DNA from: a virus
Length of the DNA stretch: 51,331 nt
Strand: one strand, 5' to 3'
Virus record (IMG/VR): IMGVR_UViG_3300045988_092522
Location: 1-51,331 of that record
Part shown: positions 6,804 to 14,602 of the stretch, piece after piece
Layout of the letters: each line of letters starts with the position of its first letter
Position numbering within the stretch: position 1 is the stretch's first letter
Program-made: the position numbers and the translations under genes
Notes under the pieces: generated by a model
What the model saw: only the letters and a program-made list of their open reading frames with translations
Databases searched by the model: none
Told to the model about the DNA's origin: nothing

Positions 6804-7400
6804 TCAAAAGGGCAGCTTGTCGTCCTCGACCGGCTGGAAGCCGTTTGCGTCCGGCTGCCCGACGGGCCGGGGCGCGCTGCCCGCGTCGGCCAGCAGCTTT
6901 TTCGCCGGAGGCGCGATTCCCTCGCGTACCTTTGCGACGCTCACCGCGTAGAAGGGCTTGACGGAGGTCTTGACGCTGCCGTCCTGCGCCCGGAAGTCCT
7001 CCTCGCCGAAGTTGAAGCCCACCAGCTTGCCGTTCAGCGTCCCTTCGTTTCCGCCACTCTGGCGGAAGCTGTAGCCCGCGTTGCTGGCCTCCACGGCTTC
7101 GATAAAGCCCTTGAAGTAGCTGTTGGTTCTTCCGTCCGTCGTGAGGATCGAGGTGCGGAACACGCCGGGCCAGTTGGCGTAGGCGTTGTAGGACTTGGCG
7201 CGCTCGAAGCGCCGCTGGAAGTAGCCGTTGAACTCGCCCTCCTCGACGACGTCGAAGGCCACCACCAGCATGTCGTTTCCGCTGCGGGACTGCTCCACCC
7301 GCGCGCCGCGGATGCGGCAGATGTGGCCGCCGGGAGTGAGCTGGAGCGCGCTGCCGTCATAGCCTCTGGCGCTGTCGTAGTCATTCGGGATCCGGATCAT
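6804..7400 (-). CDS. DUF669-type phage ssDNA-binding-like protein with an acidic SSB-style tail
   Basis: DUF669-like core (LTPGGHICRI...MLVVAFDVVEEGEFNGYF). C-terminal ...VEDDKLPF resembles the SSB DDDIPF tip. Sits next to a Sak4-type ATPase. Confidence 0.7.
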   Translation of the reverse strand: MIRIPNDYDSARGYDGSALQLTPGGHICRIRGARVEQSRSGNDMLVVAFDVVEEGEFNGYFQRRFERAKSYNAYANWPGVFRTSILTTDGRTNSYFKGFIEAVEASNAGYSFRQSGGNEGTLNGKLVGFNFGEEDFRAQDGSVKTSVKPFYAVSVAKVREGIAPPAKKLLADAGSAPRPVGQPDANGFQPVEDDKLPF

Positions 7401-8019
7401 TGCGTTTTCCTCCTAAGCTGTAAAATTCGCGGATCGCGTCGTCCACAATCAAGAGGTCGTTGTCGATCTCGTCGACCTCGAACATCCCCAGCGGGGTCTT
7501 GACCGTGTCGAAGCCGCTGTTGTGGGTGAGGAAGCCGTAGTGGCCGTCCTGCACGTGGGTCTTGAGGACGATGGTGAACATGCCCTCCAGCGTGATGTAC
7601 TGGTCGATCATGCGTCCGACGGTCTTGGCCCTCTCGTTGCCCTGCTGGTCGCGGTCGATGTGAGACATGAAGTACACGATCATGTCCTCGGGCAGGTTGT
7701 TGATGACGAAATCCACCAGACTCCAGTGGGCGTTGGCGATGTCCGTATACTTGTCGTAGCCCTTTTCCTTCGAGCGCCGCATGAACGCGTTGACCATGAG
7801 ATACTGGCTGTCGTCGATCACCATCGACGGAGCCCTGGCCAGCTTCAGCGCGCCGGTGATCTTGCCGTAGTCGTCCGTGTTGTAGGTCTTGAAGCTGCTG
7901 CGGAAGGGCAGCGGCTTTTTGCTGACGTTGATGATGCCGAAGCGCTCCGGGGGGCAGTTCCGCAGACTCGTGGTCTTGCCGGTGCCGGATTCGCCGAGAA
8001 TCAGAACCGGGATTGCCAT
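7381..8019 (-). CDS. AAA_24 / Sak4-like RecA-core ATPase (recombination)
   Basis: Walker A ILGESGTGKTTS and Walker B-like MVIDDSQ; size and position typical. Confidence 0.8.
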   Translation of the reverse strand: MAIPVLILGESGTGKTTSLRNCPPERFGIINVSKKPLPFRSSFKTYNTDDYGKITGALKLARAPSMVIDDSQYLMVNAFMRRSKEKGYDKYTDIANAHWSLVDFVINNLPEDMIVYFMSHIDRDQQGNERAKTVGRMIDQYITLEGMFTIVLKTHVQDGHYGFLTHNSGFDTVKTPLGMFEVDEIDNDLLIVDDAIREFYSLGGKRNDPDPE

Positions 8020-8249
8020 TACGCTTCCTCCTCAGCCTGCTGGCCGCGCGCCGCGAGCAGCGTCTTGACCAGCGTCATGTCGATGTAGCTGTTCTTTTCC
8101 GCGAATGCCGCGATCACGTCAAGCATCGCCGAATCCCACGTCAGGCGGGAATACTCGTCGGCGGGAACCGGGATCAGCAGCCTTGCGCCGCTCTGCACTT
8201 CCGCGCCGCGGAAGCCGGCGATGCGTCGGGTGTTGTCTCTCTGGGACAT
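8019..8249 (-). CDS. Hypothetical protein (76 aa)
   Basis: Internal ATG of track ORF 8019..8486, preceded by AAAAAGGAGGAAATTGAG. The N-terminal extension is Arg/Trp-rich junk. Confidence 0.55.
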   Translation of the reverse strand: MSQRDNTRRIAGFRGAEVQSGARLLIPVPADEYSRLTWDSAMLDVIAAFAEKNSYIDMTLVKTLLAARGQQAEEEA

Positions 8250-8250
8250 C

Positions 8251-8841
8251 TCAATTTCCTCCTTTTTCGATGGCCGCCGCCCGGCGGGCGAACTCGCGGC
8301 CCCAGTCCTCCTTGATGCGCTCGATCTGTCTGAGGTCGTAGGCGATAGTAAGCTCCATCTGCTCGGCCTGATCCACCAGATAGTCGATGAGCGAGGCCAT
8401 CGCCCGGCTGTCGTAGACGCTGCTGCCCTTGTAGGCCAGCACCTCCACATAGCCGCGCAGCGGCGCGTCGCCGACCACCTCTGCAAACCAGCCCACGCCC
8501 AGCAGCTTCCGGGTCGCCAGAAACGCCTCCAGCGCCTCCTCGCGGATGTAATACTGGTCGTATTCGCCCACGGCGCGGATGGCGTCCCGGTAGACCTCCT
8601 CCTTGGGCAGCGGCGGCGACAGGCTCCGGCCGATCTGGGAGCACAGCTCCCAGCACAGGGCGTTCGCCCTGATGCTACGCTGCTCCCGGTGGGGCTTCAG
8701 CTCCACGTCCAGCACGGTATTCTGCAGGGCCTCCAGCGCCTCGGCACGGTCGCCGAACACATCCAGAATCATCGTGGTCTTTCCGGCCGCCCGCAGGGGC
8801 GCGGCGGCGATCTGCGCCGTGGCCTTCACCGCCGCCCTCAT
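8251..8841 (-). CDS. Hypothetical recombination-module protein (196 aa)
   Basis: Start MRAAVKAT chosen because its ATG forms an ATGA overlap with the Gp157 stop. No family securely recognised. Confidence 0.6.
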   Translation of the reverse strand: MRAAVKATAQIAAAPLRAAGKTTMILDVFGDRAEALEALQNTVLDVELKPHREQRSIRANALCWELCSQIGRSLSPPLPKEEVYRDAIRAVGEYDQYYIREEALEAFLATRKLLGVGWFAEVVGDAPLRGYVEVLAYKGSSVYDSRAMASLIDYLVDQAEQMELTIAYDLRQIERIKEDWGREFARRAAAIEKGGN

Positions 8842-9335
8842 CGGAATCTCAGCCCCGCGCTCTGGGTGATTTCCACGCCGGGCAGCAGCTCGCCGGTGTA
8901 TTTCCAGTGCTTGAGGATCGCCGTCTTGTCGATCTTGTCGGGCTGTTTCACGTGAAATTCCTCGGGCACACGGGCTTCGTCCAGCACCTGACAGCTCGCC
9001 GGATTCATCTGAATTCGCCACTTGCCGATGCTGGTCTGCACGTCCTTAATGTTGAGGCGCTGCATGCAGTCCAGCAGGCGCGCCTTCAGGCGCTCGGCGG
9101 TGTTCTCTGCGGCCTTCTGGCGCTTGGCGAGGCGCTGGGCCTCGGCCTTGTAGCTCTCGGCCTCGGCCTGCTTGCTGCGGACGATCCGGGCGTAGGCCTC
9201 GGCCCTGTCCTTCACGTCATCCTCTATCGCGTCGAGCTGGCTCCAGAGGGCCTCGGCCTCCTCCTCGGTCTCGGCGCAGTCCAGCGCCGCCAGCAGGTCG
9301 GCGTAGCGGGCTTCGATCTCATACAACGCGGCCAT
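8838..9335 (-). CDS. Siphovirus Gp157-family protein
   Basis: MAALYEIEARYADLLAALD..., a central coiled coil, and C-terminal ...LPGVEITQSAGLRFR fit the Gp157 pattern. Confidence 0.7.
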   Translation of the reverse strand: MAALYEIEARYADLLAALDCAETEEEAEALWSQLDAIEDDVKDRAEAYARIVRSKQAEAESYKAEAQRLAKRQKAAENTAERLKARLLDCMQRLNIKDVQTSIGKWRIQMNPASCQVLDEARVPEEFHVKQPDKIDKTAILKHWKYTGELLPGVEITQSAGLRFR

Positions 9336-9559
9336 CAGCTTTTCCCTCCGTCCATCTGAGCGCTCAGCTCGTCGATTTCCTGATCGCAGCGCTCGGCGTA
9401 GTCGAGGGCGAGATGCGCGGCGGCCATTCGGCCCTGCTGCTGCAGCTCGCGGGATCTCTGCAACAGATACTCTCTGCGCTCCATCGCGTGGTTGAGCTTG
9501 ACGACGTTTTCCCGCACGCGCAGCAGAGGCTCTCCGGTTCGCGTCAGCTTTTTCGCCAT
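9335..9559 (-). CDS. Hypothetical coiled-coil protein (74 aa)
   Basis: Internal ATG (MAKKLTRTG...) preceded by AAAAGGAGGAAAAAGG. Confidence 0.55.
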   Translation of the reverse strand: MAKKLTRTGEPLLRVRENVVKLNHAMERREYLLQRSRELQQQGRMAAAHLALDYAERCDQEIDELSAQMDGGKS

Positions 9560-9716
9560 CCTTTTTCCTCCTTTTATGGGTTGGTTTACCTGTCGGACAA
9601 GTAAGTCGTGTAAGTCAGTTGAGTTCCACAGGGTTGCTGGCGGGAAGTCCCGGAGCCGCACCGGGCGAAGCGGGAGGTGAGACCGCTCCTGCACTGGCCT
9701 TCCCATGTCCGGGCAC

Positions 9717-9836
9717 TCAGGCCCGGTCAAACCACGGATGACGCTTGCGCCTGACCGGCGTGCCGGGGCGCGTCACCCAGACCAGGAACGCGGCCCCGAA
9801 GAGGATGCCCAGCCATTGGGCGATGTCGAACAGCAT
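9717..9836 (-). CDS. Small membrane protein (39 aa, MLFDIAQWLGILFGAAFLVWV...)
   Basis: Internal ATG of track ORF 9717..9947 with SD AAGGAGA; one TM helix. Confidence 0.4.
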   Translation of the reverse strand: MLFDIAQWLGILFGAAFLVWVTRPGTPVRRKRHPWFDRA

Positions 9837-9850
9837 GGTCGGTCTCTCCT

Positions 9851-10072
9851 TTACTCGTTTTTTCCGTTCATCGGGAACACCTGATTCAGGCGGTCGTGGG
9901 GCACGCGGTAGTGATTCATCACCGCGTACATCTCGCCGAGCTTCCACTCGGCGCGGTTGGACATCCGGTCGCAGACGGACTGCGGGCTGAGCAGCAGCAG
10001 CCGGGCGAGGTCTCTCTGGGTGTCGTCATGCTCCACCATCAGCCCGCGCAGTTTGGCATACGGCTTGGCCAT
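9851..10072 (-). CDS. Small putative DNA-binding regulator (73 aa)
   Basis: The HTH-like segment TQRDLARLLLLSPQSVCDRMSN fits an early-operon regulator. Confidence 0.55.
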   Translation of the reverse strand: MAKPYAKLRGLMVEHDDTQRDLARLLLLSPQSVCDRMSNRAEWKLGEMYAVMNHYRVPHDRLNQVFPMNGKNE

Positions 10073-10093
10073 AGGGGCATCTCCTTTCGGGCT

Positions 10094-10258
10094 TTACGCG
10101 CTCTGGCTCTGCTTCGGCTGCCGGGTTCTCAGCGCCGCGGCGAAGCCCAGAGCCAGATACTGATCCTTTTCCGGCAGCTTGGCCAGATGCTCCAGTATGG
10201 CCTCGCTGGGGGTCAGCGGGCGCTCCTTGGGAGCGGGGGGCTGGGGCTTTCTCTTCAT
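10094..10258 (-). CDS. Hypothetical protein (54 aa, MKRKPQPPAPKERPLTPSEAILEHLAKL...)
   Basis: Hand-translated. More protein-like than the overlapping track ORF 10026..10268. Weak SD. Confidence 0.45.
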   Translation of the reverse strand: MKRKPQPPAPKERPLTPSEAILEHLAKLPEKDQYLALGFAAALRTRQPKQSQSA

Positions 10259-10354
10259 CGAGTCTCACATCCTTTGTCTGTCATTGCTTGCCCTGCCATC
10301 GTCAGCGCCGGTGGGGCGGTTCCGGCGGACACCCTCGCGGGTGTTTCGGCTTGG

Positions 10355-10528
10355 TCAGATGCGCTTGCCCTCACAGGTGTATACGCCGTGCTGGAAGCAG
10401 TAGTTGTAGGCTTCGCGGCGGGAACGGAAGGAGCCGATCAGTTCGAATTGGCAGCCCGGCCACACGCTCTGGGTCTTTTCACGCTCGGTGTAGATGATGT
10501 TGGAGTTGCTGATGTAGTAGTTACGCAT
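10355..10528 (-). CDS. Hypothetical protein (57 aa)
   Basis: Internal ATG (MRNYYISNSN...) preceded by AAAAAGGAGGAACCCCCA. Confidence 0.55.
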   Translation of the reverse strand: MRNYYISNSNIIYTEREKTQSVWPGCQFELIGSFRSRREAYNYCFQHGVYTCEGKRI

Positions 10529-10568
10529 TGGGGGTTCCTCCTTTTTGTCAGATGCGCGGTCTTGACCA

Positions 10569-10597
10569 TTGTCATCGTTCTTTCCGTGTGTTATAAT
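10569..10597 (+). promoter_or_regulatory. Sigma-70-type promoter for the plus-strand DUF4145 gene
   Basis: TTGTCA (10569-10574), a 17-nt spacer ending in TGT (extended -10), then TATAAT (10592-10597). Confidence 0.6.
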
Positions 10598-10632
10598 CGT
10601 TTTACTCAATTCTTCGATTGGAGGTTGTTCCT

Positions 10633-11298
10633 TTGACTTCTTTCCGCTGTCCTTTCTGCGGTACTGTAATTGGCAAGCTCCCTCCCACTTACACCAGCCT
10701 TTTCCTGCCGCATGAGAAAATTCGTCGAGACCCCATCGGCAACTGCATTCCTGCCGGTGACGTGATCCAGTTTGAATTCTTCACATGCCCTGTCTGTCAG
10801 GAGATGTCAGTGACTGCTACCCGCCAATGGGGCGATCATCCGTTCATTGCCAACATTTATCCACGCGCTGCATTTATGCATGTCCCGGATTATGTCCCCG
10901 AGGCCATTCGCACGGACTATCAGGAGGCCTGCACTATCCTTCAGGACAGCCCGCGCGCGGCCGCTACTCTCTGCCGCCGTTGCCTTCAGGGGATGATCCG
11001 CGACGCCTGGGGGATTTCCGGCAGATCGCTCAACGACGAGATCAATCAGCTGAAGCCCCTGATTCCGCCCCTGCAATGGTCTGTCCTGGATGCGCTGCGC
11101 AAACTCGGAAACATCGGCGCGCATATGGAGAAAGACGTCAACCTTATCATTGACATCGACCGCGACACCGCCGCAAAGCTCATCGCCGCCGTTGAGCGCC
11201 TCATCAAGGACTGGTATATAGATCGGCATGAAACCAACGAGCTATATAACAGTATCCTTTCAGCCAGCGCGGACGCTGAGGCGAAACGTCACCCCTGA
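10633..11298 (+). CDS. Zn-ribbon plus DUF4145-domain protein (candidate prophage-expressed defence/exclusion gene)
   Basis: CPFC...CPVC N-terminus. The C-terminus (EACTILQDSPRAAATLCRRCLQGMI...LDALRKLGNIGAH...AAKLIAAVERLIKDWY) matches the DUF4145 pattern. The TTG at 10633 sits 7 nt after GGAGG; the track start at 10618 overlaps the SD. Confidence 0.75.
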   Translation: MTSFRCPFCGTVIGKLPPTYTSLFLPHEKIRRDPIGNCIPAGDVIQFEFFTCPVCQEMSVTATRQWGDHPFIANIYPRAAFMHVPDYVPEAIRTDYQEACTILQDSPRAAATLCRRCLQGMIRDAWGISGRSLNDEINQLKPLIPPLQWSVLDALRKLGNIGAHMEKDVNLIIDIDRDTAAKLIAAVERLIKDWYIDRHETNELYNSILSASADAEAKRHP

Positions 11299-11462
11299 CC
11301 GTTTTCCCGGAGCGGGTCATTCCGCGCCAGCAGCTCCCCCTCCATTGACCAGTACTCCGTCACGATACGGGACGGGTCGGCTTCCGTTCCCTTCCCGTAT
11401 GCGGACTGGACTTCGATCACCGTTCGGCTCTTCGCCGACCAGACTGCGGATTTTGCTTCCAT
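11289..11462 (-). CDS. Hypothetical protein (57 aa, MEAKSAVWSAKSRTVIEVQSAYGKG...)
   Basis: Hand-translated; SD GAAAGGAGAA upstream. Below the 60-aa track cutoff. Confidence 0.5.
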   Translation of the reverse strand: MEAKSAVWSAKSRTVIEVQSAYGKGTEADPSRIVTEYWSMEGELLARNDPLRENGQG

Positions 11463-11490
11463 TTGGGGTTTTCTCCTTTCGCGTCAGGGC

Positions 11491-11697
11491 TTAGGCTGTC
11501 TGGTCATCATCGGTGGCGAAGAGATAGTCATAGGGCTTTTTGAAAAGCCGAATGTAAGCATTGATCTCTCGCACGGTGAATTTGCCAGTTGCCAGCTTAT
11601 TTTCGAACGTTGGGCGGCTTACACCGATCACCGCAGCCATATCATCGTTTGACATTTTATGAAAGGCTTTTTGTCCAAGCAGATTAGGGAACATCAT
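11491..11697 (-). CDS. Cro-like HTH regulator (first gene of the leftward early operon)
   Basis: HTH MSNDDMAAVIGVSRPTFENKL; divergent from the CI-like gene; SD GGAGGTGAA. Confidence 0.7.
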   Translation of the reverse strand: MMFPNLLGQKAFHKMSNDDMAAVIGVSRPTFENKLATGKFTVREINAYIRLFKKPYDYLFATDDDQTA

Positions 11698-11722
11698 TTC
11701 ACCTCCAGTCTTTTATTAAAGA

Positions 11723-11737
11723 GTCGCGAATCGCGAC
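11723..11737. promoter_or_regulatory. Operator O1 (GTCGCGA-A-TCGCGAC, perfect 7-1-7 palindrome)
   Basis: Read directly. Lies between the -10 of the leftward promoter and the cro-like SD. Confidence 0.65.
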
Positions 11738-11748
11738 CTTGTGACTAT

Positions 11749-11777
11749 ATTATAGTCGCAGATTGCGATATTGTCAA
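11749..11777 (-). promoter_or_regulatory. Leftward early (PR-like) promoter: TTGACA-17-TATAAT
   Basis: On the minus strand, TTGACA is at 11777-11772 and TATAAT at 11754-11749. Both are consensus. Confidence 0.75.
11755..11769. promoter_or_regulatory. Operator O2 (GTCGCAG-A-TTGCGAT) inside the spacer of the leftward promoter
   Basis: Same 15-bp half-site architecture as O1. Confidence 0.6.
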
Positions 11778-11796
11778 GGGGTTTTGCAAAAAATAG

Positions 11797-11811
11797 TTCG
11801 CGAAATGCGAT
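11797..11811. promoter_or_regulatory. Operator O3 (TTCGCGA-A-ATGCGAT) just upstream of the repressor promoter -35
   Basis: Same architecture as O1 and O2. Confidence 0.55.
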
Positions 11812-11819
11812 GTTTTTTA

Positions 11820-11848
11820 TTGACTTAAAACAAAATATCGGTTATAAT
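11820..11848 (+). promoter_or_regulatory. Rightward (PRM-like) promoter for the CI-like gene: TTGACT-17-TATAAT
   Basis: TTGACT at 11820-11825 and TATAAT at 11843-11848, followed by GAGGTG and the ATG at 11867. Confidence 0.75.
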
Positions 11849-11866
11849 AAAACCGAGGTGAAAACA

Positions 11867-12316
11867 ATGACAGTTGGAGAGCGCATAAAAAAGGCGCGCT
11901 TAGAAAAAGGCTATACACAACTGCAATTAGCGGAAATGATAGGGGTCGCCAAGAACACAATTACTGGGTATGAAACAGGTACGCGTGAGCCGGACTCAAG
12001 TCGAATCACAGCTATTGCGAATGCGTTGAATGTATCAGGGGACTATATTATAGGTACTGAATACGACTGGCTTCCGTCATCAGCGGCGATGAAAATCGCC
12101 GCCAAATACGACAAGCTCGATCAGCATGGCAGGGAACTGATTAATTGGGTAGTCGACCACGAAATTGGAAGAGTGCAGTCCGCGGTACCGGCAAAGCGCG
12201 ACACGACCAAGGTCACGGTCGATCCCGGCGAGGTCAGCGTGTTGGAGAAGGCCCAGCAGGGCGCGGCGGTCGCCGCGAAGAAGGCAGAGCCCCTCCCAGA
12301 TGGGAAGGCTCAGTAA
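11867..12316 (+). CDS. CI-like XRE-family repressor (149 aa)
   Basis: MTVGERIKKARLEKGYTQLQLAEMIGVAKNTITGYETG is a canonical XRE HTH. The start was chosen from the SD and promoter geometry rather than the track start at 11771. Confidence 0.8.
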   Translation: MTVGERIKKARLEKGYTQLQLAEMIGVAKNTITGYETGTREPDSSRITAIANALNVSGDYIIGTEYDWLPSSAAMKIAAKYDKLDQHGRELINWVVDHEIGRVQSAVPAKRDTTKVTVDPGEVSVLEKAQQGAAVAAKKAEPLPDGKAQ

Positions 12317-12323
12317 CGAGGCG

Positions 12324-12345
12324 CGCCCCGCCGAAAGGCGGGGCG
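12324..12345. terminator. GC-rich stem-loop (CGCCCCGCC-GAAA-GGCGGGGCG) between convergent genes
   Basis: Read directly. There is no clear U-tract on either strand. Confidence 0.45.
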
Positions 12346-12351
12346 GTCAGA

Positions 12352-12564
12352 TCAAATTCGAATCAGGCGTGAGGTTTTCGCGCCGGGCCGCGCATCGAGG
12401 TTGATGTATCGGACGGGCTTGCCACCGCCGACCGGGGCCGAGACAAATTCGAAAATTTCCGGATCGTCCGGGTAGTGACCGAAGATCACCTGGAACCTCC
12501 CGTCGTGGGAGAGTTTGCGCGCAAGCTGGCCGCGGTAAACAGGATCATGCATGGCGTTTGTCAT
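12352..12564 (-). CDS. Hypothetical protein (70 aa)
   Basis: ORF track; SD GGAGGAAAAATCACG upstream. Confidence 0.55.
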   Translation of the reverse strand: MTNAMHDPVYRGQLARKLSHDGRFQVIFGHYPDDPEIFEFVSAPVGGGKPVRYINLDARPGAKTSRLIRI

Positions 12565-12735
12565 CGTGATTTTTCCTCCGTCCGTTGTAATAATCTGCTA
12601 TATATATAGTCGCACGTCTGCCTGAGAAGAACAATAGCGCACAGGAAGAACCGGAGAAGAATTTACTTTTTGTATGGAAAACTATTCTTCCCACGGGAAG
12701 AATCGAATAAGAATGTCGAAAAGAGGCGTACTGCA

Positions 12736-13212
12736 TTGGAACAGAAGGTGACGGCGTACTTACGACAGCTGAAGGAAGCGAGGGGATACACCCAGCAGCA
12801 GATCGCGGATGAATCGGGCGTGCCCATCGGAACCATCGGGAAATACTTTTCCGCGCTGGACGACGAGTCCGCGAGCTACGAGATTCTCCGCAGGCTGGTC
12901 GTCTGTCTGGGCGGCAGCCTGGACGAGCTGGCCGGGATCAGAGCGGACGGACACATGGCCGACGGAGACACGGATCAGGCCTACAAGGCCGTGATTGCCG
13001 GACTGGAAGCGCGGCTGGACGAAAAGGACGAGCGAATTGAGCACAGAGGCAGAATCGCCACGGAGGATCACCAGCGCGCCGAAGAGGCCATCGCCTACGA
13101 GCGCAGGCGCGCAAGGATAGCGATGGCCATTTCGTACATCGTGATGGGGCTGTTTGTGCTGATGTTTTTCATCGACTGGATGATCCCATCAGTTGGGTGG
13201 ATAAGAGGATGA
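12736..13212 (+). CDS. Membrane-anchored XRE-type HTH protein
   Basis: HTH YTQQQIADESGVPIGTIGKYFS. C-terminal TM helix IAMAISYIVMGLFVLMFFIDWMI. The start is uncertain: TTG at 12736 after AAGAGG, or the track's TTG at 12670. Confidence 0.65.
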   Translation: MEQKVTAYLRQLKEARGYTQQQIADESGVPIGTIGKYFSALDDESASYEILRRLVVCLGGSLDELAGIRADGHMADGDTDQAYKAVIAGLEARLDEKDERIEHRGRIATEDHQRAEEAIAYERRRARIAMAISYIVMGLFVLMFFIDWMIPSVGWIRG

Positions 13213-13217
13213 GATTC

Positions 13218-13249
13218 AAGCGGTGACGATCTGTCACCGCTTCATTTTG
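13218..13249 (+). terminator. Rho-independent terminator-like hairpin (AAGCGGTGAC...GTCACCGCTT plus CATTTTG)
   Basis: Read directly; 10-bp stem. Confidence 0.55.
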
Positions 13250-13263
13250 AGAGGAGCGAGAAT

Positions 13264-14397
13264 ATGGCGGTGAAACGGCATGCCGAAGCCATCTGGATAG
13301 AGTCTAAGGGCTACTGGCAGGTTAAAGTGCAGCTCGACGGAAAGCGTAAGGCGTTTACCTCGTCCATCAAGGGCCGCAAGGGCAAACACGAGGCAGAGGG
13401 CAAGGCGGACGAATGGCTGGAAAAGGGAACGACAGAGATGCGCTTTGATGCGGCGTGGGCGCTGTTTCTGGAGGACCAGAAGCAGCGCACCGGAACGGCG
13501 AACTGGAAAAAGCACGAATACCTGGGGCGCATATATCTGCTGCCGGAGTTGGGAAACACGCGGCTGTCTAAGATAACGCCGAACATGTGGCGCGCCTGCA
13601 TAGACGCCGGACAAAGAAACGGATTGTCGCGGCGATCATTGCAGAATATCAAGCTGTCGATTTCCGCATTTGTCAATTTTGCCCGGCGTGAGCGCTGGGA
13701 AATCGAATTGCTTGAGCGCGGCGATCTGCCCATTACCAAGGACGCGCCGGAGGCAAATCGGAAAATCCTACAGCCCGTTGCGCTGAAGACACTGTTTACA
13801 GAGGATACGATCATACATTGGGGCCACATAGAGCGCTCTTTTTTCATTCACGCGTGGCGTTTCCTCGTTCTAACTGGCTTGCGCCGTGGGGAATTGTGTG
13901 GCCTGAGAAACGAGGACATTGTCGACGGCGTAGTGACGATCAAGCGGAGCGTGAATGCGCAGCAGGAAATCACAGCCGGAAAAAACGATAACGCGCGCAG
14001 GTCATTTGCATTATCCGACGCGGCGAAAGCGGAGCTGGACGCGCAGCACGAAATGCTGATCGGGATGTCGATTATTTCTCCGTGGGTTTTTCCGGACGAG
14101 CACGGCGAGATGCTGAACAGCTCCCATCTGTACTCCATGTGGGACACCTTCCGCAATCAGCACGACCTCGGATGCAGCCTGCACGAATTACGGCATACGT
14201 TCGTCTCAGTCGTTCAAAACGACGTTCCCCTGCCGCTGCTGAAATCAATGATCGGACACAGCGAAGATATGGATACGTCCGGCGTATATGGGCACGCCGT
14301 CAACGGCGATATGGTGCGCGCGGCAAATATTGTTGATGACGCGTTTTCTCGCTTTTTGCCGCAAGTGGGTGGAAAAGTGGGTGGAAGAAAAAAATAA
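13264..14397 (+). CDS. int: Tyrosine recombinase / phage integrase
   Basis: C-terminal catalytic pattern ...LRRGELCGL...HELRHTFVS...GHS...VYGH. SD GAGAGGAG upstream. Confidence 0.9.
   Translation: MAVKRHAEAIWIESKGYWQVKVQLDGKRKAFTSSIKGRKGKHEAEGKADEWLEKGTTEMRFDAAWALFLEDQKQRTGTANWKKHEYLGRIYLLPELGNTRLSKITPNMWRACIDAGQRNGLSRRSLQNIKLSISAFVNFARRERWEIELLERGDLPITKDAPEANRKILQPVALKTLFTEDTIIHWGHIERSFFIHAWRFLVLTGLRRGELCGLRNEDIVDGVVTIKRSVNAQQEITAGKNDNARRSFALSDAAKAELDAQHEMLIGMSIISPWVFPDEHGEMLNSSHLYSMWDTFRNQHDLGCSLHELRHTFVSVVQNDVPLPLLKSMIGHSEDMDTSGVYGHAVNGDMVRAANIVDDAFSRFLPQVGGKVGGRKK
14365..14385. repeat. Arm-type repeat (GTGGGTGG-AAAA-GTGGGTGG) within the 3' end of int
   Basis: An 18-bp block gggtggaaaagtgggtgg is repeated exactly at 14564-14581, on the other side of the tRNA-like core. 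Confidence 0.7.
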
Positions 14398-14398
14398 A

Positions 14399-14430
14399 CC
14401 ACCGAGAAAGTCCCTGTTTCTCGGTGGTTT
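14399..14430 (+). terminator. Hairpin terminator after int (CCACCGAGAAA...TTTCTCGGTGG-TTT)
   Basis: Read directly; 11-bp stem; short T-run. Confidence 0.55.
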
Positions 14431-14433
14431 CGC

Positions 14434-14462
14434 TGGTGCGGTCGACGGGACTTGAACCCGCC
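14434..14462 (-). other. attP core candidate: 3' fragment of a tRNA gene (T-arm plus acceptor 3' strand plus CCA)
   Basis: The minus strand reads GGCGGGTTCAAGTCCCGTCGACCGCACCA. No matching 5' acceptor strand or anticodon arm lies upstream, so it is a fragment and not a tRNA gene. Confidence 0.65.
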
Positions 14463-14563
14463 ACATTTGCCAAATATAGTGCATTTTGCTATAAGCATAG
14501 CCGTATTACGCCTATAAAATATGGCTATATCGTACATGGCAAAAGCGCGTCCGGAACCAAAAC

Positions 14564-14583
14564 GGGTGGAAAAGTGGGTGGGG
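14564..14583. repeat. Second copy of the arm-type repeat (GGGTGGAAAAGTGGGTGG)
   Basis: Exact 18-bp match to 14367-14384. Two inverted CCACCC copies follow at about 14590-14613. Confidence 0.7.
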
Positions 14584-14602
14584 ATTTCGCCCCACCCATA
14601 AC

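Noticed and set aside
14434-14510. Complete tRNA gene on the minus strand
   Set aside because: - Only the T-arm, 3' acceptor strand and CCA are present.
- The upstream sequence has no complementary 5' acceptor strand (GCGGTCG) and no anticodon stem.
- I treat it as an attP core fragment.
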